A stretch of 64,000 nt of DNA from assembly GCF_001194135.2 (NCBI RefSeq), contig NC_068984.1:43290890-43354889 (forward strand), given 5' to 3'. Below the pieces are notes generated by a model that was given only the letters and a program-made list of their open reading frames with translations, did no database searches and had not been told where the DNA came from. The stretch is from Octopus bimaculoides (Eukaryota). This document shows positions 63,057-64,000 of this stretch, piece after piece. The position numbers and the translations under genes were made by a program. Position 1 is the first letter of the stretch, and the number at the start of each line of letters is the position of its first letter.

Positions 63057-63967
63057 AATACTGAATCATTATTAATTCAAACATCTACATAGCAACATGT
63101 CCAATTATGTATTATTATTAATAATAAAGAAAACTTTTATTTGCATTTAGAATTTGAACGTGCGTGTATTGGTGACAGGCAGGTGACTGGACGTAGCGGT
63201 AATTTTTATCGAAATCGTTGCAGTCGAGTATGGCAATGAGGAAGTAGCGATAGGAGCGTGTGTGAAAGCATTGTCCATCATACTGTTATAGTGACAGGTG
63301 AGGATGCAGCAAGCCTCTCATGTTGAAGAGGTAAATCTTTAGCTTTGGGTTAGCTTAACTCAATACTAAAGTGATATCTTCTATCATATGTACACCGGTT
63401 GTAAGAATATCGTTAGCTGATTGAACAAACTTTGTTCTTCCTTATGTTGAAGGAGCAATTTAACGAGGACTTATGAAATGGAGGTCGCGAAAGGTCAAGA
63501 AGAACAAGATTTTCCATTTCTATCTATGGTAGATGGAAAGTCCATTAAGATCTCAATAGGCAAACAAGTCAAGATCCACAGTAAATAAATCGTAAGTTTA
63601 GCAAATCAAATATCAGGAGGAATTTTGTTACCTCTACACAACACGAAAATTTTCGTAAAGTTTTGTATGTTTCGCTGTAAGGACCGAGAGCCATTCAACC
63701 CGATAGATCAATAGGAGAGGTATTGCTGGTTCGTGGCTCACAACAGGTTATAAACTGTTGAGGAAATCTCAGTGTTTATAATGTTTGCAGAGAGTATTCT
63801 GTTTATAATATTACACTTGTTTTTTCCTCTCCTTTTTTTTTTGTAGGGTCGTCTAAAGTTGAAATCAAAGATCGAGCACACCGTCCCAGGTTGTCAAAAC
63901 ACTTAATTATTCAATGTGATGCTAGTACATGGAATAAAGAAATCTCATTTTAAAAAATTTCTGCTTG

Positions 63968-64000
<33 letters not shown>

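Overview
AT-rich, microsatellite-dense eukaryotic genomic DNA with ten assembly gaps. The repeat content points to an octopod cephalopod (inference from the tRNA-derived SINE families). I recognise no host protein-coding gene with confidence, and there is no rRNA, intact tRNA or CRISPR array. Almost all ORFs in the supplied track are microsatellite, N-gap or SINE read-through artefacts. The window is mainly a stack of mobile-element fossils. These include at least three tRNA-headed SINE families (about 30 copies, several with long TSDs); CR1-type, R4/Dong-type (RLE), RTE-type and Penelope-like retroelement remnants; a decayed mariner transposase and a mariner MITE; two Merlin (IS1016-like) elements; four hAT-type MITEs; and a ~585-bp foldback. 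The most interesting signals are: (i) a CR1-type LINE 3' end whose tail matches the tail of the commonest SINE, i.e. a SINE-LINE partner pair visible within the window; (ii) hammerhead-ribozyme-like motifs in Penelope-associated repeats; (iii) a CpG-rich cluster of CLEAR/E-box palindromes that looks like a promoter; (iv) a chain of phase-compatible micro-exons that could encode a signal peptide on the + strand; (v) long inverted repeats that could form ADAR substrates. Repeat boundaries without a TSD are approximate.
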